Assembly (NCBI GenBank): GCA_965644295.1
Contig: CBFFRP010000284.1
Span: 1-64,000 of the forward strand
Reading direction: 5' to 3'
DNA length: 64,000 nucleotides
Source: Paraphysomonas bandaiensis
Lineage: Eukaryota; Protista; Chrysophyceae
The translations under genes were made by a program, and so were the position numbers. Under the pieces are notes generated by a model that was given only the letters and a program-made list of their open reading frames with translations, did not search any database and was not told the DNA's origin. Positions 1-9,363 of the stretch are shown piece by piece; position 1 is the stretch's first letter, and the number at the start of each line of letters is the position of its first letter.

Positions 1-181
1 TTGAAGTATAAACTTCGCTTCCGTAGTTTCCCTATTGCATACGTACGACGTATATTGAATGAATGGACATTACACCACATGCATGCATATCCACACACTT
101 AGTACAATGTATCGACATGTTACATGTGTAATCTCTAATCATTATTCTCTTTACACCAAGTCTATACCTTATAGTTCAACT
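1..181 (+). repeat. 5' LTR (partial)
   Basis: Matches 5208-5388; ends TTCAACT immediately before the PBS. Confidence 0.95.
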
Positions 182-192
182 TGGTAGCGGAT
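182..192 (+). promoter_or_regulatory. Primer-binding site (TGGTAGCGGA, initiator-Met-tRNA-like)
   Basis: TGG start directly after the LTR; resembles the iMet PBS TGGTAGCAGAG/TGGTATCAGAG. tRNA identity is inferred. Confidence 0.75.
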
Positions 193-234
193 TCTCGCGA
201 TCTATAACCTTTGTTTGCCCTTTTATTCATTAGC

Positions 235-3200
235 ATGGCTCTCCCTGTCTCCAAAAACCCTATCCAGGAGTTAACACTGGATCAATGCAAACGATTATCA
301 TCTCACCTCGATAATCTGTCTCTTATACTTCCCTCTTGGGATGTTCCGCAGTATCCAGCACGTCTGCAAGACTTTGAAGCCTTCGAAACAGACTTTCGAG
401 CAATGCTGAAGTCGACAAAACTATTGGACATCATCACCGAGAAGTCCATACGTGTTGCGACACCTCCTATTGATGCTGATGATGATGTCAAAGCGCTTGC
501 GGAATGGCGTCAATCACTGTATGACGAAAAAAATATGATCGTATACTCTGCATTATGGCGCGCATTTCAGACCAATCCCTCCAGTCGTGCGCACATCGGA
601 TTGGACAGCGACAACGATGACGGTCTCCAGGCATGGAAGAATCTATTGGCCTATATCGACCGGACGAAATCTTCGGAAGACCGGGCTACGGAACGGCAGG
701 CCTTCTATTTGGCTAAACAGGGTTCCACTGAACAGGTTGCCTCCTTTGCCAAACGCCTGAAAACGATGGCGCAGCGGCATAATATCCCAGACGCCGACCT
801 CAATCAGCAGTTATTTACTGGCTTCAGAGACCCCTCCAAAGAGCAGTCTCTTCGCTCTCTTTTGCGTGCAACTATGCGTGGTTTGTCCTTCGAGGAAATT
901 CTTATTCGGATAGAAGAACAGCTGCCTCTCTATGAAACAAGCGCGTTACCCTCTTCCAAACAAAAATCAGTGTGTCCGCATTGTAACAAAAAATGCACAC
1001 ATTCTCCAGAAACTTGTTACAGAAATCCCAATTTTTCAGTTTCCAAGAAAAAACGGGATTTGGAAGACATTCACTGTTTGCGTTGCGGCCAATTTGGTCA
1101 TTACGTCATGAACTGCCCGAAAAGGCCTAAACCCCCCGCACCTCCTGCACGACAACCAGAAGTGCCTCAAAATGCTCCACAGCATGCTGCTAACCCTAGG
1201 CCCTCAATTTTGGTCAATAGAAGCGGTCGAGGACGTGGACGCCCACCCAAATCAAATCGTGGCAGAGGCCGTTCTGGCACACACCGTGCACCGACCAGAC
1301 ATGTACAGTTCATGGATACTGATGATTCCCCTTATTCACAGACACATAGTAGTGATTCCAATGATGTCTTGATGGTCCTTCCATCTTCTACAGTGGCCCC
1401 AAAGACTTCATCAGCATCAACTATACGCTTTATTCTTGATGGTGGATGTTTTGACCATTTGGTTAATGATTGTACGCATTTATCATGTTTTGTACCAACG
1501 TCACGCCATTTTATTAAGGTTGCTGATGACCATCAGCTAAAAGCGTCTGGAGAGGGCGATATTTCATTCTTCAAGAGAGTTAAATATTATCCACAGATCT
1601 CCCAGAATTTACTTTCTGAAGGGCTCATGTTTGATCAAGGGTGGCACTTCCGGCAGATGGACAATGGAGACAAGATTGCCTCCATCATGTACAATGGCGT
1701 TCGACATCAAATCTACTTCCATTATGATATGAGGTATTGGACTGCGAATCTTCCTATTCAAGGTCCTGCAATATGTGAACCTGTTGCTCGTTTTCCGAAC
1801 GATATTTGTCACGTCAGTGATCCCTCTGTCACATCCAACGCGTCCAAAGACTATACAGTTAGCTCATCCACTGATGCTTTGTTAATTCCGTCGTCATCCT
1901 TTGACCCGTATTTACTCCCTTCACCCACGTTGGATACCACCCTCAGCACCACAGTTTTAGCCGTTTTGCATGATGATTTGAAGGCAACTTTTCGTTCATC
2001 TACACCCGGCTGTTGTGGTTTTTCTGTGTCATATTGTCCTACCCCATGCACCAATGCTAGAAAGTCTTCTGCTGACGGCACAGTTCACACCCCTCCGCCC
2101 AAACGTCAGTGTGTTCGTCGCGACCGCAGCAGATACAGTAACGTTAAGACGCCTCCTAATTGCAGTTCAATGGCACCGGTCATCTCGAAGGCTGCACATG
2201 CGTTCTTATTACTCCATCTCCAATTAGGCCATCCGGCGTACTCCATTCTTTATGATGCCCTCCGACATGGCAAGATCACTGGCTTTCCATACTCATGGCG
2301 CTCTATTGATATCAATCAATTACCACACTGCGAAGTCGATTATATTTCCAAATCAACACGCTCTCGACCGTCCAAGTCCCCACGTATGCGTGCGGAATAC
2401 CCGGCTCAGATCATTCATGTGGACCTGAAAGGACCATTTATGACTCGTGGTATTGGTGGCGTGCGTTATTGGATGTTGTTTTTAGATGACTTTTCCACCA
2501 TGATGTTCATCTACTTTCTAAAGAAGAAATCTGATGCATTGGTAGAAGGTCTTCATCGCTTTGTCCTTGAAGAAGTATTTCCCTACGGTGTACGTGATTT
2601 TATTCTGCTTTCTGATCCGGGCACTGAGTTTATCAATGAGGACTTCAAGAATTACTGTCTCCGTAACAACATACGCCATATGCCCAGTCCGGCCGGTAAC
2701 AAACGGTACTCTGGTACTATTGAGCGTGGAAACAGAACCACTGCAGAGAAGGAGCGCTGCCTCAGAACATATTCTGGTTTGCCGAAGCGGACATGGCCTC
2801 TATCCGCGACACATGTCATATTATTGCATGCATTGAATTTTTCTCGCTCCCTTGGAATGACACCATGGGAAGCATGGCATGGTCAACCCCCGACTATCGC
2901 TAATCTACATGTATATGGCATGGAATGTTATTATCACAACCTACATTTCTCGTCATCGCAAGGCGGTAACCCTGGCGAAATTGTTCGTTTTGTGGGATAT
3001 GTCCCATACTCACGGTCCACGTATAAAGTGTATAGACCGAGCACAGGCATGGTCCTCGAGACTGCGGATGTCAGATTCATTCAGCATGCCTTTAAACTAG
3101 TGTCACCTTTCCAAGCACGGGACCGGATTCACGATGAGTCCGATGATGAACTTGTACAGGAGGAGGATACCGACGGGAATGATCCCTCCGTACAGTGTCA

Positions 3201-5118
3201 CAAACCCGATGCTATTTTTGAGCTTGACAAGAAATCTGTTGAAGCAGCCGACGGGTTCGCTACATCAGAAATCGTGTCACAGCCGGCTCCCGATGTGGTC
3301 CCTCAGACTGAAGGTCGCTCCTTCACCTCGACGGGTACAACCTCGCGGCAGCCACGAGAAAGAGATACACACACCCCTATTGTGCGCCGATCGACGCGAT
3401 CACGCAAGCCAGTCGAGCGACTTCTGTTCCATCTAGCTCTAGTGACTACAGCTTACGAGCCCACGATTATGGTTCATTCAGCTCCTGGTAGTGACGACAG
3501 CTACAATGTTTTTGCTGTGTTCGATGCTCCTCTATCTTATGCTGCTGCACAACGGAGTGCAGACAATGCTAAATGGGAGGAAGCTATGCAAGAGGAGTTA
3601 ACTGGACTCCAGGCGCAGGGAACATGGAAAGTAGTGGATATCCCTCCTGATGCAAACTTAATGCGATCAAAGTGGGTTTTCAAGAAGAAAACTGACAAAG
3701 ATGGCAACATAGTGCGTTATCGAGCAAGACTCGTAGTCAAGGGTTACACACAAATCCATGGTGTCGATTATGATGAGACATTCTCCCCTGTAGTTCGACA
3801 TTCGACATTACGTATTGTTCTTGCATTATGTGCTCATTATGGACTATATGTTCACCATTTGGATGTGCCAAAGGCTTTTCCACAGTCTGACATTGACTAT
3901 GATTGCTATATGTCAGCACCCCCAGGCAGCAGACTCCCACGAGGCAAGTGTTATAAACTGTTAAAGTCTCTCTATGGTCTTAAACAGGCTAGTAGACTAT
4001 TTCATAATATGATGACTGCATTTTTATTATCCATATCATTTACACAATGTACCTCAGATACGTGTGTATTTTATCACCAATCTGATGATGGATTCGTCAT
4101 TATATGCGTATATGTTGATGATATTGCCATTGCTGCATCCAGCATTAGCCTATTGAATAAATTTTGCGTGTTATTACACCAAAAATTTCGTACTAACGAT
4201 TTAGGTCCCCTCGAGTGGTTTCTTGGGATCCGTATTCACACATCGAAGGATCGACACACAGTCCAACTCTCTCAGTGTCAATACATCAACGACTTAATCG
4301 AATATGTGGACCCGATCCACCCGATCAACTCAACATCTCCAGTACCTATGGCCAACCATGTTAAATTATCTGCCTCGATGTCTCCAAGCACGGACGAGGA
4401 GAAAATCTATATGGGGAATATCCCTTATCGCACAGTGGTTGGAAAATTAATGTATGTTATGGTGTGCACTCGCCCTGATATTGCTTTTGCCGTTGGATGT
4501 TGTGCACGTTTTCTGTCTAACCCCGGCAGGGAACACTGGAATGCTGTGGTACAGATATTGAAATACTTGAAAGGTTCGGCGGATCTTCAGCTGACCTATA
4601 GGCGCCAATCCAACAATCCACCTACGCTACAGGCTTTTTCTGACGCCAATTGGGCAAATTATGATGTAGATACTCGACGTTCTCAGTCTGGCGCTGCATT
4701 TCTCCTAGCTGGTGCTTGTATTGCATGGTTTTCCAAACTCCAACAATCTCTAGCCCTGTCAACAATGGATTCTGAGTATTATTCTATGGGTGATACATCC
4801 AAGGAAGGTATTTCACATAACACAGTCTGTGCAGAGTTGACTTTCCCGCGCTCACCTGCAAAACCCGTTCAGCCCGATACCCTGGAAATCAAAGTCGACA
4901 ACACATCTGCTATTAATCTATCGGTTAACCCAGTGTTTCACAAGCGGTCTAAACACATTGAAATTCGTCATCATTTCATTCGACAACTCGTTCAAAACAA
5001 TATCGTTCGTTTCGTGTATGTTGATTCTGCCAACAATGTTGCCGATGTTATGACTAAGCCCCTTCGCAAGACAGAATTCAGACATTTCAGGTCAATTCTT
5101 TTTGGTTGCTCTACTTAA
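235..5118 (+). CDS. Copia Gag-Pol polyprotein
   Basis: Zinc knuckles CPHCNKKCTHSPETC and CLRCGQFGHYVMNC; protease FILDGG; integrase HLQLGH, VDLKGP, SDPG, IERGNR; RT KSLYGLKQA and YVDD; RNase H SDANWA and KHIEIRHHF. First ATG at 235. Confidence 0.96.
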   Translation: MALPVSKNPIQELTLDQCKRLSSHLDNLSLILPSWDVPQYPARLQDFEAFETDFRAMLKSTKLLDIITEKSIRVATPPIDADDDVKALAEWRQSLYDEKNMIVYSALWRAFQTNPSSRAHIGLDSDNDDGLQAWKNLLAYIDRTKSSEDRATERQAFYLAKQGSTEQVASFAKRLKTMAQRHNIPDADLNQQLFTGFRDPSKEQSLRSLLRATMRGLSFEEILIRIEEQLPLYETSALPSSKQKSVCPHCNKKCTHSPETCYRNPNFSVSKKKRDLEDIHCLRCGQFGHYVMNCPKRPKPPAPPARQPEVPQNAPQHAANPRPSILVNRSGRGRGRPPKSNRGRGRSGTHRAPTRHVQFMDTDDSPYSQTHSSDSNDVLMVLPSSTVAPKTSSASTIRFILDGGCFDHLVNDCTHLSCFVPTSRHFIKVADDHQLKASGEGDISFFKRVKYYPQISQNLLSEGLMFDQGWHFRQMDNGDKIASIMYNGVRHQIYFHYDMRYWTANLPIQGPAICEPVARFPNDICHVSDPSVTSNASKDYTVSSSTDALLIPSSSFDPYLLPSPTLDTTLSTTVLAVLHDDLKATFRSSTPGCCGFSVSYCPTPCTNARKSSADGTVHTPPPKRQCVRRDRSRYSNVKTPPNCSSMAPVISKAAHAFLLLHLQLGHPAYSILYDALRHGKITGFPYSWRSIDINQLPHCEVDYISKSTRSRPSKSPRMRAEYPAQIIHVDLKGPFMTRGIGGVRYWMLFLDDFSTMMFIYFLKKKSDALVEGLHRFVLEEVFPYGVRDFILLSDPGTEFINEDFKNYCLRNNIRHMPSPAGNKRYSGTIERGNRTTAEKERCLRTYSGLPKRTWPLSATHVILLHALNFSRSLGMTPWEAWHGQPPTIANLHVYGMECYYHNLHFSSSQGGNPGEIVRFVGYVPYSRSTYKVYRPSTGMVLETADVRFIQHAFKLVSPFQARDRIHDESDDELVQEEDTDGNDPSVQCHKPDAIFELDKKSVEAADGFATSEIVSQPAPDVVPQTEGRSFTSTGTTSRQPRERDTHTPIVRRSTRSRKPVERLLFHLALVTTAYEPTIMVHSAPGSDDSYNVFAVFDAPLSYAAAQRSADNAKWEEAMQEELTGLQAQGTWKVVDIPPDANLMRSKWVFKKKTDKDGNIVRYRARLVVKGYTQIHGVDYDETFSPVVRHSTLRIVLALCAHYGLYVHHLDVPKAFPQSDIDYDCYMSAPPGSRLPRGKCYKLLKSLYGLKQASRLFHNMMTAFLLSISFTQCTSDTCVFYHQSDDGFVIICVYVDDIAIAASSISLLNKFCVLLHQKFRTNDLGPLEWFLGIRIHTSKDRHTVQLSQCQYINDLIEYVDPIHPINSTSPVPMANHVKLSASMSPSTDEEKIYMGNIPYRTVVGKLMYVMVCTRPDIAFAVGCCARFLSNPGREHWNAVVQILKYLKGSADLQLTYRRQSNNPPTLQAFSDANWANYDVDTRRSQSGAAFLLAGACIAWFSKLQQSLALSTMDSEYYSMGDTSKEGISHNTVCAELTFPRSPAKPVQPDTLEIKVDNTSAINLSVNPVFHKRSKHIEIRHHFIRQLVQNNIVRFVYVDSANNVADVMTKPLRKTEFRHFRSILFGCST

Positions 5119-5196
5119 ATGCTTGTGTGCTGTGATATTCTAGTGTATTAAGTATAGACATGCATTTCCATATCATTCAGAACGTACGCTTAGTTT

Positions 5197-5205
5197 AAGG
5201 GGGAG
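5197..5205 (+). promoter_or_regulatory. Polypurine tract
   Basis: AAGGGGGAG directly before the 3' LTR. Confidence 0.85.
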
Positions 5206-5388
5206 AGTTGAAGTATAAACTTCGCTTCCGTAGTTTCCCTATTGCATACGTACGACGTATATTGAATGAATGGACATTACACCACATGCATGCATATCCA
5301 CACACTTAGTACAATGTATCGACATGTTACATGTGTAATCTCTAATCATTATTCTCTTTACACCAAGTCTATACCTTATAGTTCAACT
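5206..5388 (+). repeat. 3' LTR, 183 bp, termini AGTTGAA...TTCAACT
   Basis: Identity to 1-181 ends at 5388; perfect 7-bp terminal inverted repeat. Confidence 0.93.
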
Positions 5389-5464
5389 GTTTGCTATCCT
5401 TTTTCACCTTTTGACCGAGTCTTTTTGCTTGCTTGTTTATTTTTTTAATACCAACTCTTTTCAT
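5389..5464 (-). pseudogene. Small basic viral ORF (MKRVGIKKINKQAKRLGQKVKKDSK...) interrupted by the copia insertion
   Basis: ATG at 5464 just after the penton stop; open reading runs up to the LTR edge. Confidence 0.6.
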
Positions 5465-5488
5465 ATGTTTTTAATAATGTAAAGATTT

Positions 5489-6208
5489 TTATTTATATCG
5501 AATCACTAATGTACAGGACCAGTGTTGACCATTTAAATCCACAATTCTACCTCTTTGATCAAGCAATCGTAAGTGTGTATTGACTAAATTCTCAATTGAG
5601 TTAACCTGAGACATTAAATCCCCTTGATAGTAAATGACGCTATTTGGAGGAACCGAGTTTTGAATGCTGCAAAGGTAACATGCGTTCCGGGTATCGTTGC
5701 TTGATAAATTTTTTGTAATAAAATTGCTTGAGGTGATATGTAATGTGCGAATAGGAAATAGATTGATATTTGTATTGCTGGTAATAGTTTGATCAGTTGA
5801 GGTATAAGGTTGACCTTCGCTAAGTCCGAGCAGTTCAAAGCATGTAGACGTTGTGTATAATGTAAATTCATAATTTGCATGGGTGATGGTGTATGTATTT
5901 GTTGTGGATTGATAAGTAAAGATTAACCCTGTATTGTTTTGGAGAACTGTTTTTAAAGTGCTCACATTATAATTTCCTTGAGGGATGGTGAATTGTTGAA
6001 TTCCATCACCGTTAATCTCATATACTAACAACTGATTAATATTATCAACATTATAGAAACTTGTAGGTATTTCCGCGGATTTTACCCCTACTGTTAATTC
6101 AGTAATTTGCTTAGGTAGGTCTATCCTTGGTAGATGAAAAATTACATCGCTCGTGTTCTGATTGATTTGTAAACTGGCATCTCGGGAGTTTAAAAATACT
6201 TGAATCAT
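5489..6208 (-). CDS. Minor capsid protein (penton, single jelly-roll) of PLV/Polinton type
   Basis: N-terminal VFLNSRD, AEIPTSFYNV, IPQGNY, ELLGL and C-terminal LRLLDQRGRIVDLNGQHWSCTL; beta-rich 239 aa; adjacent to the ATPase. Confidence 0.8.
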   Translation of the reverse strand: MIQVFLNSRDASLQINQNTSDVIFHLPRIDLPKQITELTVGVKSAEIPTSFYNVDNINQLLVYEINGDGIQQFTIPQGNYNVSTLKTVLQNNTGLIFTYQSTTNTYTITHANYEFTLYTTSTCFELLGLSEGQPYTSTDQTITSNTNINLFPIRTLHITSSNFITKNLSSNDTRNACYLCSIQNSVPPNSVIYYQGDLMSQVNSIENLVNTHLRLLDQRGRIVDLNGQHWSCTLVIRYK

Positions 6209-6338
6209 TGCTTACTACTCTTGATAAAATGTTTTCGAGGATCATTTCGAATCCGGGGATATGGTCATATTCACACCCTCCGAGTCTTTTATTTATTTCA
6301 TTTATATCGATAAGTAGATGGTAATCATAATGTTCCAT
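6111..6338 (-). CDS. Possible small viral protein between the ATPase and penton genes
   Basis: ATG 14 nt after the ATPase stop, but overlaps the penton 5' end; no motif. Confidence 0.3.
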   Translation of the reverse strand: MEHYDYHLLIDINEINKRLGGCEYDHIPGFEMILENILSRVVSNDSSIFKLPRCQFTNQSEHERCNFSSTKDRPT

Positions 6339-6351
6339 TTATAATATGGAA

Positions 6352-7077
6352 TTATTTTATTTGAAGCTGGTTAAAGTTTTTATAAAATATGTTAGATACA
6401 ATATCGATATCTAGATGATTATATGCTCGATCAAATATGTAATTATATAACTCAATTGCGTGATCTTTTTTCATACGGAGTAACTCTTCGGATACCAGCT
6501 CAACTTCCTTGCGATTTCTAAACTGGAATATTGTGACATTAGTTAACATTTTACGTAGTGTTAATTCAAATAGGTTGTAAGACTGAAGAGTAAATATAGT
6601 TGATAAACCAATGTGTCTTGATTTTACGATGATTTTCTTTAATAGTGTAACTATTTGTTTATCTTTCAAATCATTAGCAAAGTCATCTATGATTAATAGA
6701 GAATTCTCAACAGGTAATTTATTTTCAATACTATGTTTTTTAAATAAAGCAACTTCATCATATATATCTACTAATACCCCATCTGTAAGCTCATGGTATT
6801 TTTTATCGTGGTTTTCAAAGGGGTGGTCCTTCACAGATAAATAACTTGATTCTGGGGAAATAAAGTAAATGTTGTCAAATTTTCCTCTGTAGTACTTGCT
6901 TGATCTAAATAATGAGAGTAGGAGGGAAGATTTACCTGAACCGGGTGCGCCGATTAAAGCATATACAAACCCATTGCGGTTTGGTAGGTTAGGGTGGATA
7001 TTTGGGATAAATATAGACATTGCTTCTTTCACAGGTTGGATATTAGGTAAATTACTTGGTTGCTCTGTTATGTGCAT
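6352..7077 (-). CDS. A32-like (FtsK-HerA) genome-packaging ATPase
   Basis: Walker A GAPGSGKS, Walker B LLIIDD, Arg-finger SRH and downstream TLQ motif in 241 aa. Confidence 0.92.
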   Translation of the reverse strand: MHITEQPSNLPNIQPVKEAMSIFIPNIHPNLPNRNGFVYALIGAPGSGKSSLLLSLFRSSKYYRGKFDNIYFISPESSYLSVKDHPFENHDKKYHELTDGVLVDIYDEVALFKKHSIENKLPVENSLLIIDDFANDLKDKQIVTLLKKIIVKSRHIGLSTIFTLQSYNLFELTLRKMLTNVTIFQFRNRKEVELVSEELLRMKKDHAIELYNYIFDRAYNHLDIDIVSNIFYKNFNQLQIK

Positions 7078-7108
7078 TTTATCTTACTTATCCTAATTAT
7101 TTTTATTT

Positions 7109-8185
7109 TTAGGATTTATTTTTAGGAGGTCTACCTCTTCCTCTTTTTGGTGGTGGTGGAGGTGGTGGTAAAAGTGGAGTTTTCGGGGATTTTGATTTTT
7201 CACTCTGTGGAGATTGTGTAATGTTTGAATCATCAAATTCCTCTATTGCTTTATGACTTTTTGGTTCTCTTTTTGTTTCTGTATTTTCTACCACTTTCTT
7301 TTTTGTTTGAAATGCTGGTAATTCTTGATATTCCTCCTCGGTTATTGGAGCAGTACGTCTTGTTCGTTGTACCTTTGGTACTGTTCTTAATCCCTTCGGT
7401 GCTTGATAATCTTCATCAGGTAATGATTCACTGCTATCTGTTGATAATGTATCAATCAACTCGCTGTGGCTATATTCTTTGCTTTGAGGAGTTTGTGGAG
7501 CTGCCGCTGTTAACGTAGAGTGTACATTTGATTGTTCTTCATTCATCTGCATGAACCGCTCACTTTCAGGTGTAAATGGTAATTCTCCTCCACCCATCTG
7601 CATAAAACGTTCGCTTTCTGGTGTGTATGGTGTTTTTAGACCTTCTTCTTGTGGTTTAATTGGTGATGGCTCTGTGAACGTAACATGTGGTTCAGAGATA
7701 TCAAATGCTTTTCGTCGTTTTGGTTTTGGTTTTGTTTCAGTCTGAACTAATCCTGTTACTAGATTTCCAGCTGTACTCATTCGTGATTTCACTTTATTTT
7801 GATCAATCGCATTTGCGACGTGGTAAGCAATAGCTTCGTTTCTCTCGTTCCAATCTCTCTTTGTTGGATTTGGTGTTTCCGATTGTGTGGAAGGCTTTGA
7901 GTTTTGCAAAAGTTCTAACTTTGCTTGAAGCAGTCCATCGTTTAACTTTTGTGTTTCTGCTTTGTTTCCTAATCCAAACAATGGGTTTGTTGAAACATTA
8001 CCCTGAAGTGGTTTGTTTGATTTCTCTTGAGGGATAAATAATCCTCTATCATCCTTTTTCTTTCTCCTGGCAGCTTTCTTTTTCCGACGTGCTCGTAGTT
8101 TATTTTGTATACGCTTTTTATCAATTCCGTATAACTTCACCAAATCATCGAGGTCTAAATATATTTTATTTTTTGTTTTTCCCAT
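7109..8185 (-). CDS. Viral basic/low-complexity protein with C-terminal AT-hook (putative core/DNA-binding protein)
   Basis: RARRKKKAARRKKK near the N-terminus; duplicated P(Y/F)TPESERFMQM; ends PPPPPPPKRGRGRPPKNKS. Confidence 0.7.
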   Translation of the reverse strand: MGKTKNKIYLDLDDLVKLYGIDKKRIQNKLRARRKKKAARRKKKDDRGLFIPQEKSNKPLQGNVSTNPLFGLGNKAETQKLNDGLLQAKLELLQNSKPSTQSETPNPTKRDWNERNEAIAYHVANAIDQNKVKSRMSTAGNLVTGLVQTETKPKPKRRKAFDISEPHVTFTEPSPIKPQEEGLKTPYTPESERFMQMGGGELPFTPESERFMQMNEEQSNVHSTLTAAAPQTPQSKEYSHSELIDTLSTDSSESLPDEDYQAPKGLRTVPKVQRTRRTAPITEEEYQELPAFQTKKKVVENTETKREPKSHKAIEEFDDSNITQSPQSEKSKSPKTPLLPPPPPPPKRGRGRPPKNKS

Positions 8186-8196
8186 TCTTTATTTTA

Positions 8197-8715
8197 CTAA
8201 CGAAAGAAATTATCGTATGTTTGAAATCGCTCTTTTCGAACTCTTGCTCTGTTATTCGATTGTCGCTTAGGTCCTCGTTTATAGTGTTGGTATTCTTCGT
8301 CATCGTAATCATCTGCGTCATCTGATTCCTCATCAGTTTCACTGGATTCACTTTCCGATTCTTCCACAACAATCCGTGTTTTTGGTCTTCGTTTCTTTTT
8401 CCTGACAACTATATATTGTTCATCGGGGGTTTCTTCCTCGTCCGATGGAATTAACTTTGTAGTCACCATAGGTGTTTTAACCTTTTTCTTTTTTAGTTGT
8501 TGATTTTCTTGTTGAATCAAGAGTTTTGAAGCCTCTATCATCTTTTCTTTTTTCTTTGCCTCAATAGATGCTATTCTCTTCTCACGAACTTTTTGAAATG
8601 CTTTCATCTGTGCTTCACTTCGGGGTTTTTTAGGTTTAGTGAGAGGAGTTTGAATTTCCGGGGTATTTTCTTCGATGGGAGCTTCGATTTGTTCGTTATC
8701 GTAAGTATCGGACAT
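8197..8715 (-). CDS. Viral charged protein with alternating basic and acidic blocks
   Basis: ATG at 8715; KKPRSEAQMKAFQKVREKR helix, poly-K and poly-D/E tracts; collinear with the capsid module. Confidence 0.7.
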   Translation of the reverse strand: MSDTYDNEQIEAPIEENTPEIQTPLTKPKKPRSEAQMKAFQKVREKRIASIEAKKKEKMIEASKLLIQQENQQLKKKKVKTPMVTTKLIPSDEEETPDEQYIVVRKKKRRPKTRIVVEESESESSETDEESDDADDYDDEEYQHYKRGPKRQSNNRARVRKERFQTYDNFFR

Positions 8716-8773
8716 GTCTTTTAATAATACCAAGAAAATAATTTGGTTGGAAATTTAATAATCTAAAATTTTT

Positions 8774-9325
8774 ATGTTGATTATAATAAACATGCATCGA
8801 CAACCACCCGCACCACCAAAAGAATCAAAACCTGAAGTATACAACGAAATGAAAACACCGAGTATTATTTCAACCAGCGAAAACCCTTTTAAGTATCAAC
8901 CTGTACCTGAAGTGAGTCTTTACGGTGCTAAACTTAAAGCTGATCATTTGTCCAAGAAAAACATACTGTTTACTAATGAAGCTAACCAATTTGTAAATGC
9001 TGTTCAGGATGCCCTTTCCAAATTTGATAAAAACTCGAATAGGTATAGCGAGGATATTTTGCTCTTTTGTATGTCTGCATGTGAAAATGCAATCCTCGGT
9101 AAAAAACAGGGTGAATTAAAATTACAAATGGTAAAAGCTTGTGTGAAACCATTCTTCAATAATGATGAATTATTAATTGAGAAATGGGTCTCGCTTCTTA
9201 TGCCAAAAATTCTTAATTATAAATTCTGGAATCGCAACTTACGTAAGCTCGCTAGATTTTTTTTAAACTGTGTTTCGATGAAGCAACAAGCACCATCACC
9301 CGACACGCAATCAAAGTTTCTGTAA
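8774..9325 (+). CDS. Viral hypothetical protein; candidate -1 frameshift extends it to 9360
   Basis: Intronless 183-aa ORF divergent from the capsid module; T TTT TTA AAC in phase at 9259-9268. Confidence 0.7.
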   Translation: MLIIINMHRQPPAPPKESKPEVYNEMKTPSIISTSENPFKYQPVPEVSLYGAKLKADHLSKKNILFTNEANQFVNAVQDALSKFDKNSNRYSEDILLFCMSACENAILGKKQGELKLQMVKACVKPFFNNDELLIEKWVSLLMPKILNYKFWNRNLRKLARFFLNCVSMKQQAPSPDTQSKFL

Positions 9326-9363
9326 AATATCTTCTCCCACTTTTAATAGCAATTGTTTAGCAT

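Larger units (their letters stand above)
1..5388 (+). mobile_element. Full-length Ty1/copia LTR retrotransposon (5' LTR clipped by about 2 nt at the window edge)
   Basis: Direct repeats 1-181 and 5208-5388 are identical by eye; PBS at 182; PPT at 5197-5205; single gag-pol ORF in copia order PR-IN-RT-RH. Confidence 0.97.
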
